A stretch of DNA of 63,987 nt, filler included, from Pirum gemmata (GCA_002812295.1; 25 parts of 25 records of this genome joined end to end with filler, not necessarily neighbours in it); one strand, 5' to 3'. Shown: positions 35,392 to 49,316, counted from the whole stretch's first letter. Notes: generated from the letters alone by a model not told the origin. Numbers and translations are program-made.

Positions 35392-35838
35392 TGCTTTTCA
35401 GTTATTTTGTCATTATGAAGTATACAATAAATAGTACCAAATTAATATAATTTAAATTCATTTAATCTAATTTGGTATATTTTGTTATCTGTATATTGAT
35501 TTAAAATTGTCAATTTAAAGATTATAACCCTCCAAATAAACATTCAGTGACAAAATAAATGAAATGCACGATAGATTCGGATAGACTAGTCTCGAGGCTA
35601 GTTAGCTAGTCTATTGATAAAAAAAATGTATAAAAGGAAAACAGGATTTTATTATTATCGTGCTTTTCATTTATTTTGTCAATCCGAATATTTATTTGGT
35701 TGGCTATAATATTTTAAGCTACCCTTTTTAAAAAATAAATAGATAATAAAATATACCAAATTAAATAAATAGATTTATATTTTATTAATTTGGTACTCTT
35801 TATTGTATATTTTATGATGACAAAACAACTGAGAAACA
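35392..35838. mobile_element. Two near-full family B MITEs, head-to-head (35392-35573 minus, 35656-35838 plus)
   Basis: ~180-bp element with imperfect TIR TATCGTGCTTTTCA(T/G)TT(A/G)TTTTGTCA and an internal inverted TACCAAATTAA pair. Other copies at ~25533, 34420, 36143, 38137, 49760 and 63440. Confidence 0.85.
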
Positions 35839-36793
35839 AAATTTCGAGCCTAACCCTAACCCTAACCCTAACCCTACTAGTCTTCAATAGATAGTCTAGG
35901 CTAGACCTACCCCTCTTGACTACCCATCTATAGAGTTGAAGTATAGACTGGGTCTCTAGTCTAAAAACAAAAAAAAAAAAACAAAAAAAAAAAACAAAAA
36001 AAAAGCATGACTGAGCACTGAGCCCATCAACCAGACAACCAGGCCTTGCAAGACCTCAGTGCACTCAGTGCAAGACCTTTGAGTTTGACCTCCCTGGTCC
36101 CTGCTTCCCACCGACTACTGGTAGATCGTAAAAGCTATAAAGTGTACCAAATTAATACTAAATAGATTCATTTATTTTACTTTGGTATATTTTATTATCT
36201 ATTTATTAATTTAAAAACATCAAATTAAATATTATAACTAACCAAATGAATATTCCAAATAACAAAATAAATGAAAACTAAATAAACTATAGATAGACTA
36301 TAGACCCGGGTCTAAGTCTAGCTAGTAAACAAAGCAAACAAAACATTATCATAGTAGACCCCCCCGACCCCCCTATACTGTATACAGCTATGATATGATA
36401 TCATAGAACATTATCAGATACGTAAGTAAACAAAACAAGAAGATATGGGAAAATAATAACAGTAACAATCACTACAGCAACAAATAAACAACAACAACAA
36501 CAACAGCAACAACAATATTTAGTAAGAATAATAAGAATAACAATAATAAGAATAAGAATAACAATAACAATAACAATNNNNNNNNNNNNNNNNNNNNNNN
36601 NNNNNNNNNNNNNNNNNNNNNTTAATTAATTAANNNNNNNNNNNNNNNNNNNNNNNNNNNNNNNNNNNNNNNNNNNNTACTCCCCTATTATAAACAGCTG
36701 ATTATAAATGCTAGTATTATTATAGCCGTCCCTATTAAAGCTCATCAGGTGGTCATCAGATTTTTAGCCCTTTTGTGTGTGTATGTGTGTTTT

Positions 36794-37330
36794 CTAAATC
36801 TTTATTGTTAGAAAATATGTGTTAATTATAATTAACTACATGTAGTTGCTTAGTTAATTAATAAGGTTAAGGTATCACATTGAAAGGTATATTGTTAAAT
36901 ATACGCTCATAAGGATATTCTTATAGTTGTTGATTATAAACTAAGTCTTTGAGTTTGCGCATTATGTGTTTAAAAACACATATTGTTTTTTGTATTTTTG
37001 CGCTTTAATTAATTGTTGTTATAGATATATTTTGTTGAGAATCTTATAATACATTACCAGGGTTTGTGGAAATGTAGTACTAGTGGAATATGACCACTAT
37101 TTGTATTTAATATTAGCTGTTGATGACTTACTGGTTGTAGACCAAGTAAATGGTATAATAAACTAACCATTTGTTTTTTCAGCAGTTTACAATAACTGAA
37201 AAGGTGTTGAAAAACAAAAATTTTGTTTTGAACTATGAAAGATTGATTGTAGTATAATAAGCCTATTATCGATAGTATTAAATTCGTTTTGATACATTCT
37301 ATTATATAGGAACAATTATAGTATAGTTGG
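36794..37330 (-). pseudogene. Family J longer copy, decayed ORF remnant
   Basis: Overlaps the 112-aa ORF 37054-37392; its 3' part is shared with 10318-10480. Confidence 0.4.
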
Positions 37331-39047
37331 TTGGAGGATCGATATTTTGGCCTTCGCTGTTTTGGGCTAGCTGTTTTGGGAGTTCCACTCACAGTTCCAG
37401 TAGTGTTCCAGTCCTGTTTTTAGAGTGATTTTAGAAGAATTTTTAGTGAGGATTGAACTGAGGATTGGCACAGTATTGGCACTCGTTATTTAGTATACGT
37501 TTCTTTTTAAAACAGTCTTTCACCAAAAAAGTTAGGTTCGAAAATATTAAAAAGACATTTAATTTTTTAAAAGTTGAACAATATAATATTTAGTAATAAT
37601 AATAACATATATCCAGCAGGTCTGTAGTAGTAGGCTCGCTCGGTTATTAAAATTTCTTATCGGTTTGTTGTTCAATTCAAAGGAAACTTTTTTTTTTTCA
37701 AAATAGACTAGACTAACTGATAAAAATAAAAAAAAAAATAAAATTTTAGGGTCTATTACAAATTATTATGCACGTACTTTAGACTACAAAAATAAAAAGG
37801 AAGCTTTTTCTACCCATTGTAATATATATATAGGGATATAATAAATTAAAAAAAGTAGTCTAGACCCAGGTCTACCGGTAGACCCCCCCCCCAACCTACA
37901 GATAGTTTAGCTAGCTAGACTAGCTAGTCTGTCTATCTTTAGAAAAAAAAAAGTTATTTCATACGGGTATTTAGTATAGCTATCTAGCAAGCTAGATAGC
38001 TATCTAGGGTCTATAGACTAACCCTAGCTAACTCTAGCTAGATTTATATTATAACCGTTTTCATATTATTATCAAGCTAGCTAGTCTAAACTACCCTTTT
38101 TTTTTTTATCATAGTCTAGTCTTCATTGGAAAAGGGAACCAAATTAATACAATAAATAGCCTATTTATTTATTTTGGTATTTTTTACAATCAAAGTTTCA
38201 ATTTAAAAAGGTCCAATTAGAAGATTACATAGCATCAAATTAATAATCAGAAGGCATAATAAATGGTTTGCTGAGTGACTAAAATTTTCTAGTTTATTAT
38301 TTTATTTATTATTTAGGGTTGAAAAAGTACTTTTTCTTTGTTTTTGTTATTGTTATTGCTAGCTAGTTTGTATTGTTATTGTTATTCTCCATTATTTCTC
38401 TTATTATTCCTGTTTTTTATTATTATTTTGTTGTTATCATTGTTGTTATTGTCGTTATAGTTATTGTTATTGTCATTGTCATTGTCATTTTCCTTGTCAT
38501 TGTCATTTTCATTGTCATTGTCATTGTCATTGTCATTATCATTGTCATTATCATTGTCATTGTCATTGTCATTGTCATTTTCATTGTCATTGTCATTGTC
38601 ATTGTCATTGTCACGGTCACTGCCACTGTCACTGTCATTGTCATAGTCATCTTTGCCATTGTCATTGTCATTGTCATTGTCATTGTTGTTATTGTCATTG
38701 TTATCGTTATCGTTATTCTGTACTTTATTTGACTTTATTTGATATGTATTTATAAATATACATATATATGCTCTGACAATGAACAGTCAAATATAAGAAG
38801 AGTAAGTTATCTTTGTGATTTAGGGTTAGGGTTAGGGTTAGGGTTAGGGGTTAGGGTTAGGGTTAGGGTTAGGATTAGGGGGTTAGGGTTAAGGTTAGGG
38901 TTTGGGTTTGTGACATGTTATCTTTTATATTCGTATTCATACCCATACCCATACCCATACCCAACCCACACTTATACTCGTATTCATATTCATATTCATA
39001 TTCATATTCATATTCATATTTACTGTTGTAGTTGCAGTTGAAGTTGC

Positions 39048-39078
<31 letters not shown>

Positions 39079-39179
39079 NNNNNNNNNNNNNNNNNNNNNN
39101 NNNNNNNNNNNNNNNNNNNNNNTTAATTAATTAANNNNNNNNNNNNNNNNNNNNNNNNNNNNNNNNNNNNNNNNNNNNT

Positions 39180-39335
39180 GCTCCGATTACTGCTAGTGAC
39201 ATCAGAGTACAATGCCAAAATCAAGCCTCAGCTACATTAAATGGTAAAACGATTTGCCATGGGAATTCTGCAGGTGCTTTAGCGATTAGTTTGGTAGTTA
39301 CTCTTACTAGTAGTATAGTGGCGACATTGTTTTGA
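39180..39335 (+). CDS. C-terminal end of a probable GPI-anchored or secreted protein
   Basis: Open from the contig start: APITASDIRVQCQNQASATLNGKTICHGNSAGALAISLVVTLTSSIVATLF*. Small-residue omega-like site followed by a hydrophobic tail. Confidence 0.55.
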   Translation, partial: APITASDIRVQCQNQASATLNGKTICHGNSAGALAISLVVTLTSSIVATLF

Positions 39336-40072
39336 AAATAAATAAAAGGAAACTTAGTTAAAATTCTCTTCAAAGGTTGCTGATTATTAGTTAATTCTAA
39401 TAATACTCACAGCTTACCATGTTAATTAAGGGTTAAAAAAACACGTTGGTTTTGTTAGGTCGAAATTATATGATATTTTATGATTCTAAGGGATGTTAAT
39501 TCTAATACAAACAGTTTACAAACAAAGCTAATAATATTATATATAATTTACAGCGAGCTTCCCATGCTCGCTTTTTTTAAAAAACACACGTTATTTCTGT
39601 GACTTGATTTCAAAATTTTGTTTTCTTATTGAATTTTGTATTATATATTTTAATATAATAAAATGTTATCATTTTTTCCAATAGTATTTTGATAGGTTTT
39701 ATTACAATGTTTTTATTACTTAAAATTTCAATTTTTTGTTTTCTTGTTAAATTTTGTAAGTTTTTGTATATAATAAAATAATATTACTTTTTGTAATTAA
39801 TGAAAAGTGTTGTTTTTATTATTCCTAAGTTTTTGTAAATAATAAAATAATATTACTTTTTGTAATTAATTAAAAGCGTTGTTTTTGTTATTCTTTGTGT
39901 TGGTGTGTGTGGGTGATATTGTTATAAATCTGCACAGGTTTTAACGGTGTTAGGGAAAGTTTTATTTCCTTTTCTATTGTTGTTGTTATTGTTGTTGTTG
40001 TTGTTGTGGTTGTTGTGGTTGTGGTTGTGGTTGTGGTTGGGGTTGTGGTTGTGGTTGTGGTTGTGGTTGTGG

Positions 40073-40104
<32 letters not shown>

Positions 40105-40128
40105 ACCCTATAGCCAGCGTTGTTGTTG

Positions 40129-40279
40129 TTACCCTAGTGTTGTTGTTGTTCCCTTAGTGCCGTTGTTGTTGTCCTTGTGTTGTTGAGCAGTATGTGCCCC
40201 ATCATCTAAAGAATTTCCTTCAAATAATTCAGATTTTAAAACAATATCAGCAGTGGTTTTCACGGCAATATTTCGGTAG
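40129..40279 (-). CDS. Possible terminal exon of an unknown gene (YRNIAVKTTADIVLKSELFEGNSLDDGAH...)
   Basis: CAG acceptor, 50 open codons and complex sequence within microsatellite surroundings. Family not recognised. Confidence 0.35.
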
Positions 40280-41267
40280 CTGTAGGTTGTTACCCTAGTG
40301 TTATTTTTGTTATCCTAGTACTAGTGTTGTTGTTGTTACCACCTAGGGTTATTACCCTTCTCTAGTTAGAATTACTGTATTAATATTAATTTTATAACCA
40401 TTTAGACAACAGAGCTTAAAGGACTCGTAGTACTCGTATATAATATAACCAAGGACTTCGAAAAAAAAGTCCTCCTTTTCTTGAAGCCCTCTTGATATAA
40501 TATGATATACAGCCTTATAATACTGGGTCTAAAAAAGATTTTTTTTATATTATGATTATTATGATAATTATTAATTATCGATAAAAAAAAAAAAAAATGA
40601 ACGCTGACAGTAGGGGTGAGATATCTACTGGAACTTTTTTCGAACAGATGCTTATCGAGCCAAACTTAGTTCTATCAGTGTTCTATCTATGACATAATCA
40701 CTATGATAGAATGGTCAATAGTTGTAATGCCTAATAAAAATATTGACTCCATATATATAATTAAGAAATCGGTCTTTTAAAAATAGGATTTCAAAGTCTT
40801 ATTTTATGGTTTATAATACTAAATATGGTGAAAAAAGTCTTAAATTTTACTTAATTTGATTACTTATTGACTTTTTATGGCATTTTTATTATTTTATCCA
40901 GTTAAAATCATAGAGTCTTAAATTTGACCAATATTATCCAATCAGAATGCTTGAGTCTTAAAAATATTTCATAGACAAAGACCCACTCACTAGCTAGCTA
41001 GGGTTATAAACTTATAAAGAAATTGCCATAATAAGGGGCTAGCTAGGGCTTTGGTTCTGGAGATATACGGTATGTGTATATATAGGGTCTATAGCTATAA
41101 TAATAAAGCAGAATAGAAGACCTACTACTAGCCCAGACCTTTTATAGGCTCGATAATGTTCTAGAGGTGCTAGAGGTGTGCTAGAAGAGGCCTATCTGAT
41201 TGGTCTAAAGTCTAGCTTGATTACCAGTATGAACTATGAACCACCAAGACAGGTCAGGTCGCTCGAG

Positions 41268-41452
41268 GTCGTGTTTTTCGATAGTGTTGTTCAGTTCAAA
41301 AACTGAAATGAACGTACCAAATTATTATTATGGTTAAACTATCAGACATGTTTTATTTAATTTGGTATTTTATATTTAATTAAAATATTTAATTTTATAA
41401 AAAAGTTCAATTATACACTTAAACAGTACCAAATTAAAGATTGAGAAGACAA
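41268..41452 (-). mobile_element. Family C MITE copy
   Basis: Reverse complement of 53424-53630. Other copies at ~28363-28435, 28888-29010 and 29107-29240. Confidence 0.8.
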
Positions 41453-41486
41453 GTGAGTGTATAATAGTCTAAACAGTTCTTTAGAA

Positions 41487-41518
<32 letters not shown>

Positions 41519-42914
41519 NNNNNNNNNNNNNNNNNNNNNNNNNNNNNNNNNNNNNNNNNNNNTTAATTAATTAANNNNNNNNNNNNNNNNNNNNNNNNNN
41601 NNNNNNNNNNNNNNNNNNCAAATAATAAACAAATAATAAACAAATAATAAACAAATAATAAACAAATAATAAACAAATAATAACAAATAATAAACAAATA
41701 ATAATGAGTAATGAATAATGAATAATAAAGAATAAAGAATAATGAATAATAAAGAATAAATTATAAAAAAATAATAAATAATAAATAATAAATAATAAAT
41801 AATAAATAATAAACAACAATAATAAATATGATAATAATAATAGATAATAGATAAAAATTATAATAAATAATAATAAATAATAACAATACTATAACAAATT
41901 AACAATAATCAATATAAAAATAAATTCGAAGATCCAACCAACTGTCTACAGTCACTCTCTAAACGAAATTTTTTGTCACTTGTGAATTTCGAGTTCAAGA
42001 TGAAGTGATGACGTCACAATAAGCTGAAAGATAAGTAAAATAGGGCTATCTAGCTAGCTAGCTATCGTAGCTACTAGCTATCCGATACTAGCTAGCTAAT
42101 AGGAGCTAGCAGGTCCATCACTCTAGCTAGCTAGGGCAGGTCCATCCATCACTAGCTAGGTCCATCACTAAAATAAATAATCGCCTTCTACCAACCAGCA
42201 TTCAATGTAAAAAAACTTTTGAACGCAAGAGCTCACGTAAATCTTTACGTAAGGGTTTTTACGAATGACGATGTAATTAAATTCGGCATTCATAACGAAA
42301 TGCGGGATAGTTTCTTGAACTTTCTTCTCCGGAAAAATCAGAGTTCAAAGTGATAGAAATAGCTAAATAGCTTCAGTTGAATTTGTTATCGTTGTCTAAG
42401 TCAAAATTTCTGGGCAGCTTCCTTACAGCGTTACCCCTATAAGAGTAAACGTTTCAATTGAATTAGTTTCCGGGTTCACCAAGTAACATCTGTCAGTATC
42501 CGGAAAATTTTTAGACGTATTAATAATGGTTTTTAAGACGTCTGCGCTAGCTCCATTCACAGAGTCTTATTAAATTCGGCATTCATTTGTGGACTCTGGT
42601 CCAACATATTGTACAATTTTTGAACCGCGTCAATGTTATATTTTCCGTAACTTAAGCACAGGCAGTCACAAGCTCTGTGAAAATTACACCACAGAATTAC
42701 ACTATAGATATATATAGATAAATTACATAGTATTACATACTATATTGCCATCACTTCCACTAGCTAGCTAGTAATTCACTGCAACTACCACCACGGCACC
42801 ACCATCACAACAAACTATTACTATTAAAATTTATATATTTAAATATGTTTATATTATAGATATTATAGATGGTACATCTTTTTTATAAAGAGCTCTTGGA
42901 TGATTTTGAATCTG

Positions 42915-43041
42915 TGCAAAAATAAAATGAAAAGGTTACTAGAAGACTCCATTCATTTTAAGGAAACATCAGGTTGTTGCTGATCGTGTTTCCTTGTAAT
43001 TAAGTGAATCTTCTAGTAATAACCTAACCCTAACCCTAACC

Positions 43042-43082
<41 letters not shown>

Positions 43083-43365
43083 CCCTAACCCTAACCCTAA
43101 CCCTAAACCNNNNNNNNNNNNNNNNNNNNNNNNNNNNNNNNNNNNNNNNNNNNNNNNNNNNNNNNNNNNNNNNNNNNNNNNNNNNNNNNNNNNNNNNNNN
43201 NNNNNNNNNNNNNNNNNNNNNNNNNNNNNNNNNNNNNACCCTAACCCTAACCCTAACCCTAACCCTAACCCTAACCCTAACCCTAACCCTAACCCTAACC
43301 CTAACCCTAACCCTAACCCTAACCCTAACCCTAACCCTAACCCTTTTCTTATGTACTTTTTTGCT
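42915..43365. repeat. Imperfect palindrome whose right arm is interrupted by ~320 bp of (CCCTAA)n (includes an N gap)
   Basis: Left arm GCAAAAATAAAATGAAAAGGTTACTAGAAGA; right arm TCTTCTAGTAATAACC-[TAACCC]n-TTTTCTTATGTACTTTTTTGC. Confidence 0.7.
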
Positions 43366-43738
43366 TGTTTCTGATGATTATTCCTTTTAATTAATGGAGT
43401 AATCTAAAAGTATAAAGGGCAATGTTGAAAACAATATTGACCATAATATTATCAATAACCTAACTCACGAAGGCTCTTTATATACTATAAATAATGCCAT
43501 CAATGAAATTAAACAATATAACACACTATCCTATTCAAATAAAAATTTCTCTAATACAAATGACCACTTTTATGAGTCCACTTGATTTGCATTAAAGAGA
43601 ATTTTTAATGAATTTGAAAAAATATTATTTCGGACGGTACTAAGACCAAAAACCTATTTTCTTTATTATTATTAATAAGATGGGGTTTTGAACAAATTGT
43701 CCAATACATGGATGATAATAATTAACAAACCGATGATC

Positions 43739-43787
<49 letters not shown>

Positions 43788-43989
43788 TATATCTATATCT
43801 ACATCTATATATATATATAACCCAATAATTACGTTAGGGTTAGGGTTAGGGTTAGGGTTAGGGTTAGGGTTATACGGTCAGGGTTAGCGTTAGGGTTGGG
43901 GTTAGCGTTAGCGTTAGGGTTATAGGGTTAGGGTTAGGGTTAGGGTTAGGGTTATAGGGTTGGGGTTAGGGTTGGGGTTAGGGTTGGGG

Positions 43990-44023
<34 letters not shown>

Positions 44024-44190
44024 NNNNNNNNNNNNNNNNNNNNNNNNNNNNNNNNNNNNNNNNNNNNTTAATTAATTAANNNNNNNNNNNNNNNNNNNNN
44101 NNNNNNNNNNNNNNNNNNNNNNNTATTATTATTATTATTATATTGTAGAAGATCAGGTTCTTAGAATAAAAGATATATAAAAAATCTTAC

Positions 44191-46515
44191 CACATTCGTT
44201 TTGTGAATATCATTTCCGGTTGCCCCCGGTTGATCATAGTTTTGGCCAATCCTAGCAATTAGATAAAGAGAAGTTGTTAATTTTTTGATTATTTTCGTAC
44301 CAAAATTGGAAATAAATGGGTGTGACAATTATAGCAAAAAAGTAAATAAATAAATAAATCCTGAATTATTGAAAGTTGTATAGACTTAAAAATATCACAT
44401 AAAAAAAAACATTGGAAATCACAATAATAGAAAGAAATATTAACCATTGCTGCTTTGTCTCGTGAGAAAATCCTGATTGAAGAACGGAATTTCTAGCCAA
44501 TTCGCATAGGTCAGCAGAAGACAATTTCCATATCTAAGTTTTTCAAGAAAAGTTCATTACATATAATTAGTTTTTATTATATTAAAATTGTTAGCTACAT
44601 ATAGAAAATCTATATTTATATTCAAAGTCAGAAAAAAGCAATATAACTATACCTGTGCTACAACACTGTATTCTTCCATTAAAGGTTCTTTTGTCATGTG
44701 AAACTGGAGTGGATCATCAGTGGAAAGAGAGATGTTCAAACCCTTGGCTGTATATACATTTTTAAAAAATTAATAATTACAAAAAAATAAAAAAAAAAAA
44801 TAAGAAAGAAAAATCAAAAATAAAATAATTTTCAAGACAACTTCCATTATTATTTAACAAACATATCATAATACAAACTATTTTAAAACAATATCTATTT
44901 CACATAAATCCAAAAACAAAATACCGAAATATTTAGGAAGGGGATTCCTGTTGACTTCTAAAAACAAGCTATTGTTACTAAGAGGAGACATAGCCAAACC
45001 AATCTGGGAAAGGTAGTATAGATATTCTAAAACTGGTACCTACAAGTAAATTATTAAAAAGAAGAAACTTTAGTGTTCATAGAAAAGGATTTACTAATCG
45101 AAAATGCTGTGATACTCAAAGTCGAAATTGTACTAGGAGAACAACGCTTACTCACTACAACAAAGCAAGGGTAAATCAAGGAAACAAAATGGAAATTTAG
45201 CCTATTCAAAAATTACTTAAGAATATACAACAACAAATGTCAAGCCTTATAAGACCAATATGTTTATCAAACGTTTTTGCTAGAGCCCTTACTTAACTAA
45301 AGCCACTTAAGAATATACAACAGCAAATGTCAAGCTTATAAAACCAATATGTTTATCAGACGTTTTTGCTAGAGCCCTTACTTAACTAAAGCCACTTAAG
45401 AATATACAACAGTAAATGTCAAGCCTTATAAGACCAATATGTTTATCAAACGTTTTTGCTAGAGCCCTTACTTAACTAAAGCCATGTCGGTTGTTAAATT
45501 ACAATAAAACAGTGATTGTTTACCTTTCTAAGCAGTATCCCATGGTTTATGCTATCAGAAACCAAAAAAGCAGCAGCTAAATGATCCACCGAGCCGGCTT
45601 CGCCACAATGAGGGCGAAATTTGAAAGTATTTAAGCCAAGGCACCCTCTGTTAAATAAGAAAAAGTATTATTTCATTAATAGCTACACATATACTATACA
45701 CGGTTTAGTAAATAATCTTATCTATCAAAACATATCACTATTCAGGAGGACATTACTAAATAATAAGATAAATTGAAAGATATTATATATATATATATAT
45801 ATATATATACCTTAACTGGTTCAGCACACTGATATTGGCATATAAATAATATAACCAATAAGAATACGGGGGGTTTGTTTTCTATTTAAATTATTTAAAT
45901 GTAAGTATATATAAATATATATATATCAGCTCATGTTCAAAAAAATCATTTCTATAGTAGTCAATAATCCTTGTCACGAATCGTTGAAACAATGTAAATT
46001 GTAAACTTTTACCATTTACAAAATTATTTGATATTTAATCATTTGACATAATCCTTTTAAAATCTAATAGTCGATATTGAATATTTCATTTTTTAAAATT
46101 TAATCAAGTTCCTTATACTGCCTAATATGAATTTTCTCTTGCAACTTTTTTTACTGGATAAATTAAAACTTACTTCTGTCCAACTTGCAGGAGGAGGGTA
46201 CCGTCTTCGAACAACTTCATGTTTACTTTCATCATCCACGCAGTCAAATCCACCTAACTATTATTTTAGAAACAAAATCGAAAATATTTTTTCAAATCAG
46301 ATGAAATTTAGATGGCATTCTATATTGAATTAATTTAAAAAATGCAGTTTCGGAAATCAGATTAGGGTAAGGTAGAAAAAAGAATAACCTGCAAGAGCAT
46401 ATCATAAAGTTTAGGGTTCGATTCCGGTTTTAATGTTACTTCGAATAAAGGTTCAAATATATTGGCAATAATTTCTTCAAAAGATTTAACTTGTCCACTT
46501 TGAAAGTAAATGTTA
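44191..46515 (-). CDS. AMPD: AMP deaminase, C-terminal catalytic region; exons 46515-46389, 46257-46174, 45881-45811, 45647-45524, 45039-44925, 44747-44653, 44533-44445, 44251-44191
   Basis: [94 protein letters not shown] and GNDIHKTNV. All eight exons are GT-AG and phase-consistent. Confidence 0.97.
45214..45484. repeat. ~90-bp tandem repeat x3 inside an AMPD intron
   Basis: ACTTAAGAATATACAACA...CTTAACTAAAGCC occurs three times, nearly identical. Confidence 0.9.
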
Positions 46516-46753
46516 CTATAAACATATATATNNNNNNNNNNNNNNNNNNNNNNNNNNNNNNNNNNNNNNNNNNNNTTAATTAATTAANNNNNNNNNNNNN
46601 NNNNNNNNNNNNNNNNNNNNNNNNNNNNNNNGTTGTTGTTGTTGTTGTTGTTGTTGTTAATGTTGTTAATGTTAATGTTATTTATTTTGCTAATTTTGTT
46701 GAAAAGTTGTTTTCTGTTCGTTTGCCTTTCCTATTTGTAGGTTGTGGTTTTCG

Positions 46754-46793
<40 letters not shown>

Positions 46794-47069
46794 TTTCCTA
46801 TTTGTAGGTTGTGGGTTTTGTTGTTAATATTATTAAATGTTGTTAATTTTGTTAATGTTGTTGTCAATATTGTTAACGTTGTCAATGAATGTTGTTGAAA
46901 AGTTGTTTTCCTTTCGTTTGCCTTTCCTATTTGTATCCTAGCTTGCTAGCTAGGTTGTGGGAGATCTGTTGTGGGTTTCGTTTTTTTTTATTTTTTTATT
47001 GTTATTAGACTAGAGTCTATGAGTAGACTATGAGTAGTCTTTTAAATTTTTTTATTATCATAGTCTAAA

Positions 47070-47122
47070 TTCCCGAACCGAACGAACACGGACAAGAAGG
47101 AAAGTCGGACCTGACATCACTG
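47070..47122 (-). mobile_element. Family K (hAT-like) terminal fragment
   Basis: Reverse complement CAGTGATGTCAGGTCCGACTTTCCTTCTTGTCCG matches the left end at 49317. Confidence 0.75.
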
Positions 47123-48069
47123 AGTGTGTGAGATCAAAAAACATTCAATTACCCTTACCCAAACATGGTAATATTTTTACTATATATAATTAAATATATA
47201 AACAAGGACTTCAAAATTTTTTTGAAGTCCTTGATATAAAATAACAAGGACTTCAAGAGTAGACTAGACTACTTCAAGTCCTTGAAAATAGCTTTGAAAA
47301 TAATCAACAAAAATAAGAAACAAAAGCCGAAAATACCGAAAATACTCCAAAAGGTACGTACAAACTACAAAGCGTATACAAGTTATAATAATACAACAAT
47401 TAAATAATTTATTTTTAAAATATTTGGTATGGTCTGTATGGATATAATGGATATAAACTTAAATTCTACAGGGTTACATATCCAAATGCATTTAATAAAA
47501 CAAAAATGATAAATTATTGTACTTACCTTTTCGAAAAAGAGTATAAAATATTAACGCTAGTATAACTTTTAAATATACCGCTGCCACTATGGTTTATACC
47601 ATATATATTCAAGAAAAATGAAGGTCTTTTTGTCTTATTTGTCAACTAATTTTTTTTAAATGCATATAATAAATAATAACAATTTTAACTCTGTCCAATA
47701 ACACATACCCCCACAATCCTAAACCACACAGAAGTAAAACACGATCACAAAAATTCAAAAGTATTTATTAGCTTTCTTTACACATTTTACTTCAACAAGT
47801 AAAAAAATATAAACATTATTATGAATAAAAAAAATTGATTCCATTTCGAAATTATTTTTTAAATAGAGGATCAGGGGTTCTAGATTCCAACACACAATTT
47901 AACTAGTCTAATTCAATTTTGCAGCTTTTTTTTTTTTTTTTTATTTTTTCTTATTTTGAGTTTTCCGTTTATTCTTTTTACTCATTTCAGTCTTAGTAAT
48001 ACATCTATTACTTAAACCAAATGGTGTCATTCAACGGGAAGAGCCAGACATACCGCGTCATTTCGTTTT

Positions 48070-48846
48070 TTAAGAGTCTGCATCACCTTTTTCTTCTTCT
48101 TGCATGTCTGAAGACCATAATGTTAAATTATCTCTTAATAGTTGCATAATAGTAGTGCTATCTTTATATGATTCTTCTTCAAGCGCTTCCAACTCCGCGA
48201 TAGCATCGTCAAAAGCATATTTGGCTAATGTACAGGCTTGTTTATGGTTATGAGTAATTTCATAGTAAAATACAGAAAAGTTAAGAGCTAAACCAAGTCT
48301 AATAGGGTTCGTAGGTTTTAATTCGGCTGAAGCAATATCAGTCGCTAGTTTATAAGCCGCTTCAGAGTTATCCACTGAACCTTGACGTTCTTCTGTTTTT
48401 TGGAATTCGGCTAAATAACGGAAATAATCACCTTTCATTTTATAATAGAATACTTTTGTTTCTCCACTAGTTGCACTAGGTATAAGTTGTGTGTCCAAAA
48501 CATCGGTAACATCTGGGAAAAAAAAAAGTTTAGTTGTTGTCGAGATTATTAGCCTAGCCAGAAAGAACTAAAAGTTAGTACAAGAAAAAAAAAAATACAA
48601 CAAGGAACAGACTCGCAAATGTATAACCAGACAAAATAACAAACACACTCGGAAGAAACATGCAATATCACTAAGAAAATATATAGACAGCGCTTGCACA
48701 AAGTAAAACCAATTAACAAAACATAGTCATAGCAATAGATTCAAAAATATAAAATCTAAGGCGGTAGTAGGATGAGTTACCTGCACAAATTTGTACTAGC
48801 TCTAGTTCAATTTTTCTTCTAAAACTCTCTATTACTCCGACTTTTC
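48070..48846 (-). CDS. 14-3-3: 14-3-3 protein, last two exons (48846-48781 and 48512-48070)
   Basis: [10 protein letters not shown] / [38 protein letters not shown] and [19 protein letters not shown]. Confidence 0.97.
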
Positions 48847-49316
48847 CTGTGGAAAAAATGAAAAAAAAGATTAAATTTTAAATGAAACGTTTTAAACATT
48901 GATCTAACACCCTAAATTTTTTGTATCAACTGCAAAATATTCTCCAAGTATAGAAAACTAAAAAACTAGAACTAATTATGAAAGTAAAATTTAATGAAAT
49001 ACGAATATTATATTATCTAATAATAATAANNNNNNNNNNNNNNNNNNNNNNNNNNNNNNNNNNNNNNNNNNNNTTAATTAATTAANNNNNNNNNNNNNNN
49101 NNNNNNNNNNNNNNNNNNNNNNNNNNNNNAAACTATATTTTCCATTTTTTCAGGTTTATACATAAATTAATATATTTGAATACTTAGCTTAAAATTTTCG
49201 AACTTATTTAATTAATGCATAGGCTCGAAAACTCGTTTTTTTTAAACAAAGCAGAATTGGGAGAAGCCTGGTCACAACCTCAACTATTTGCATCATGTGA
49301 CACCCATTTATACTCA

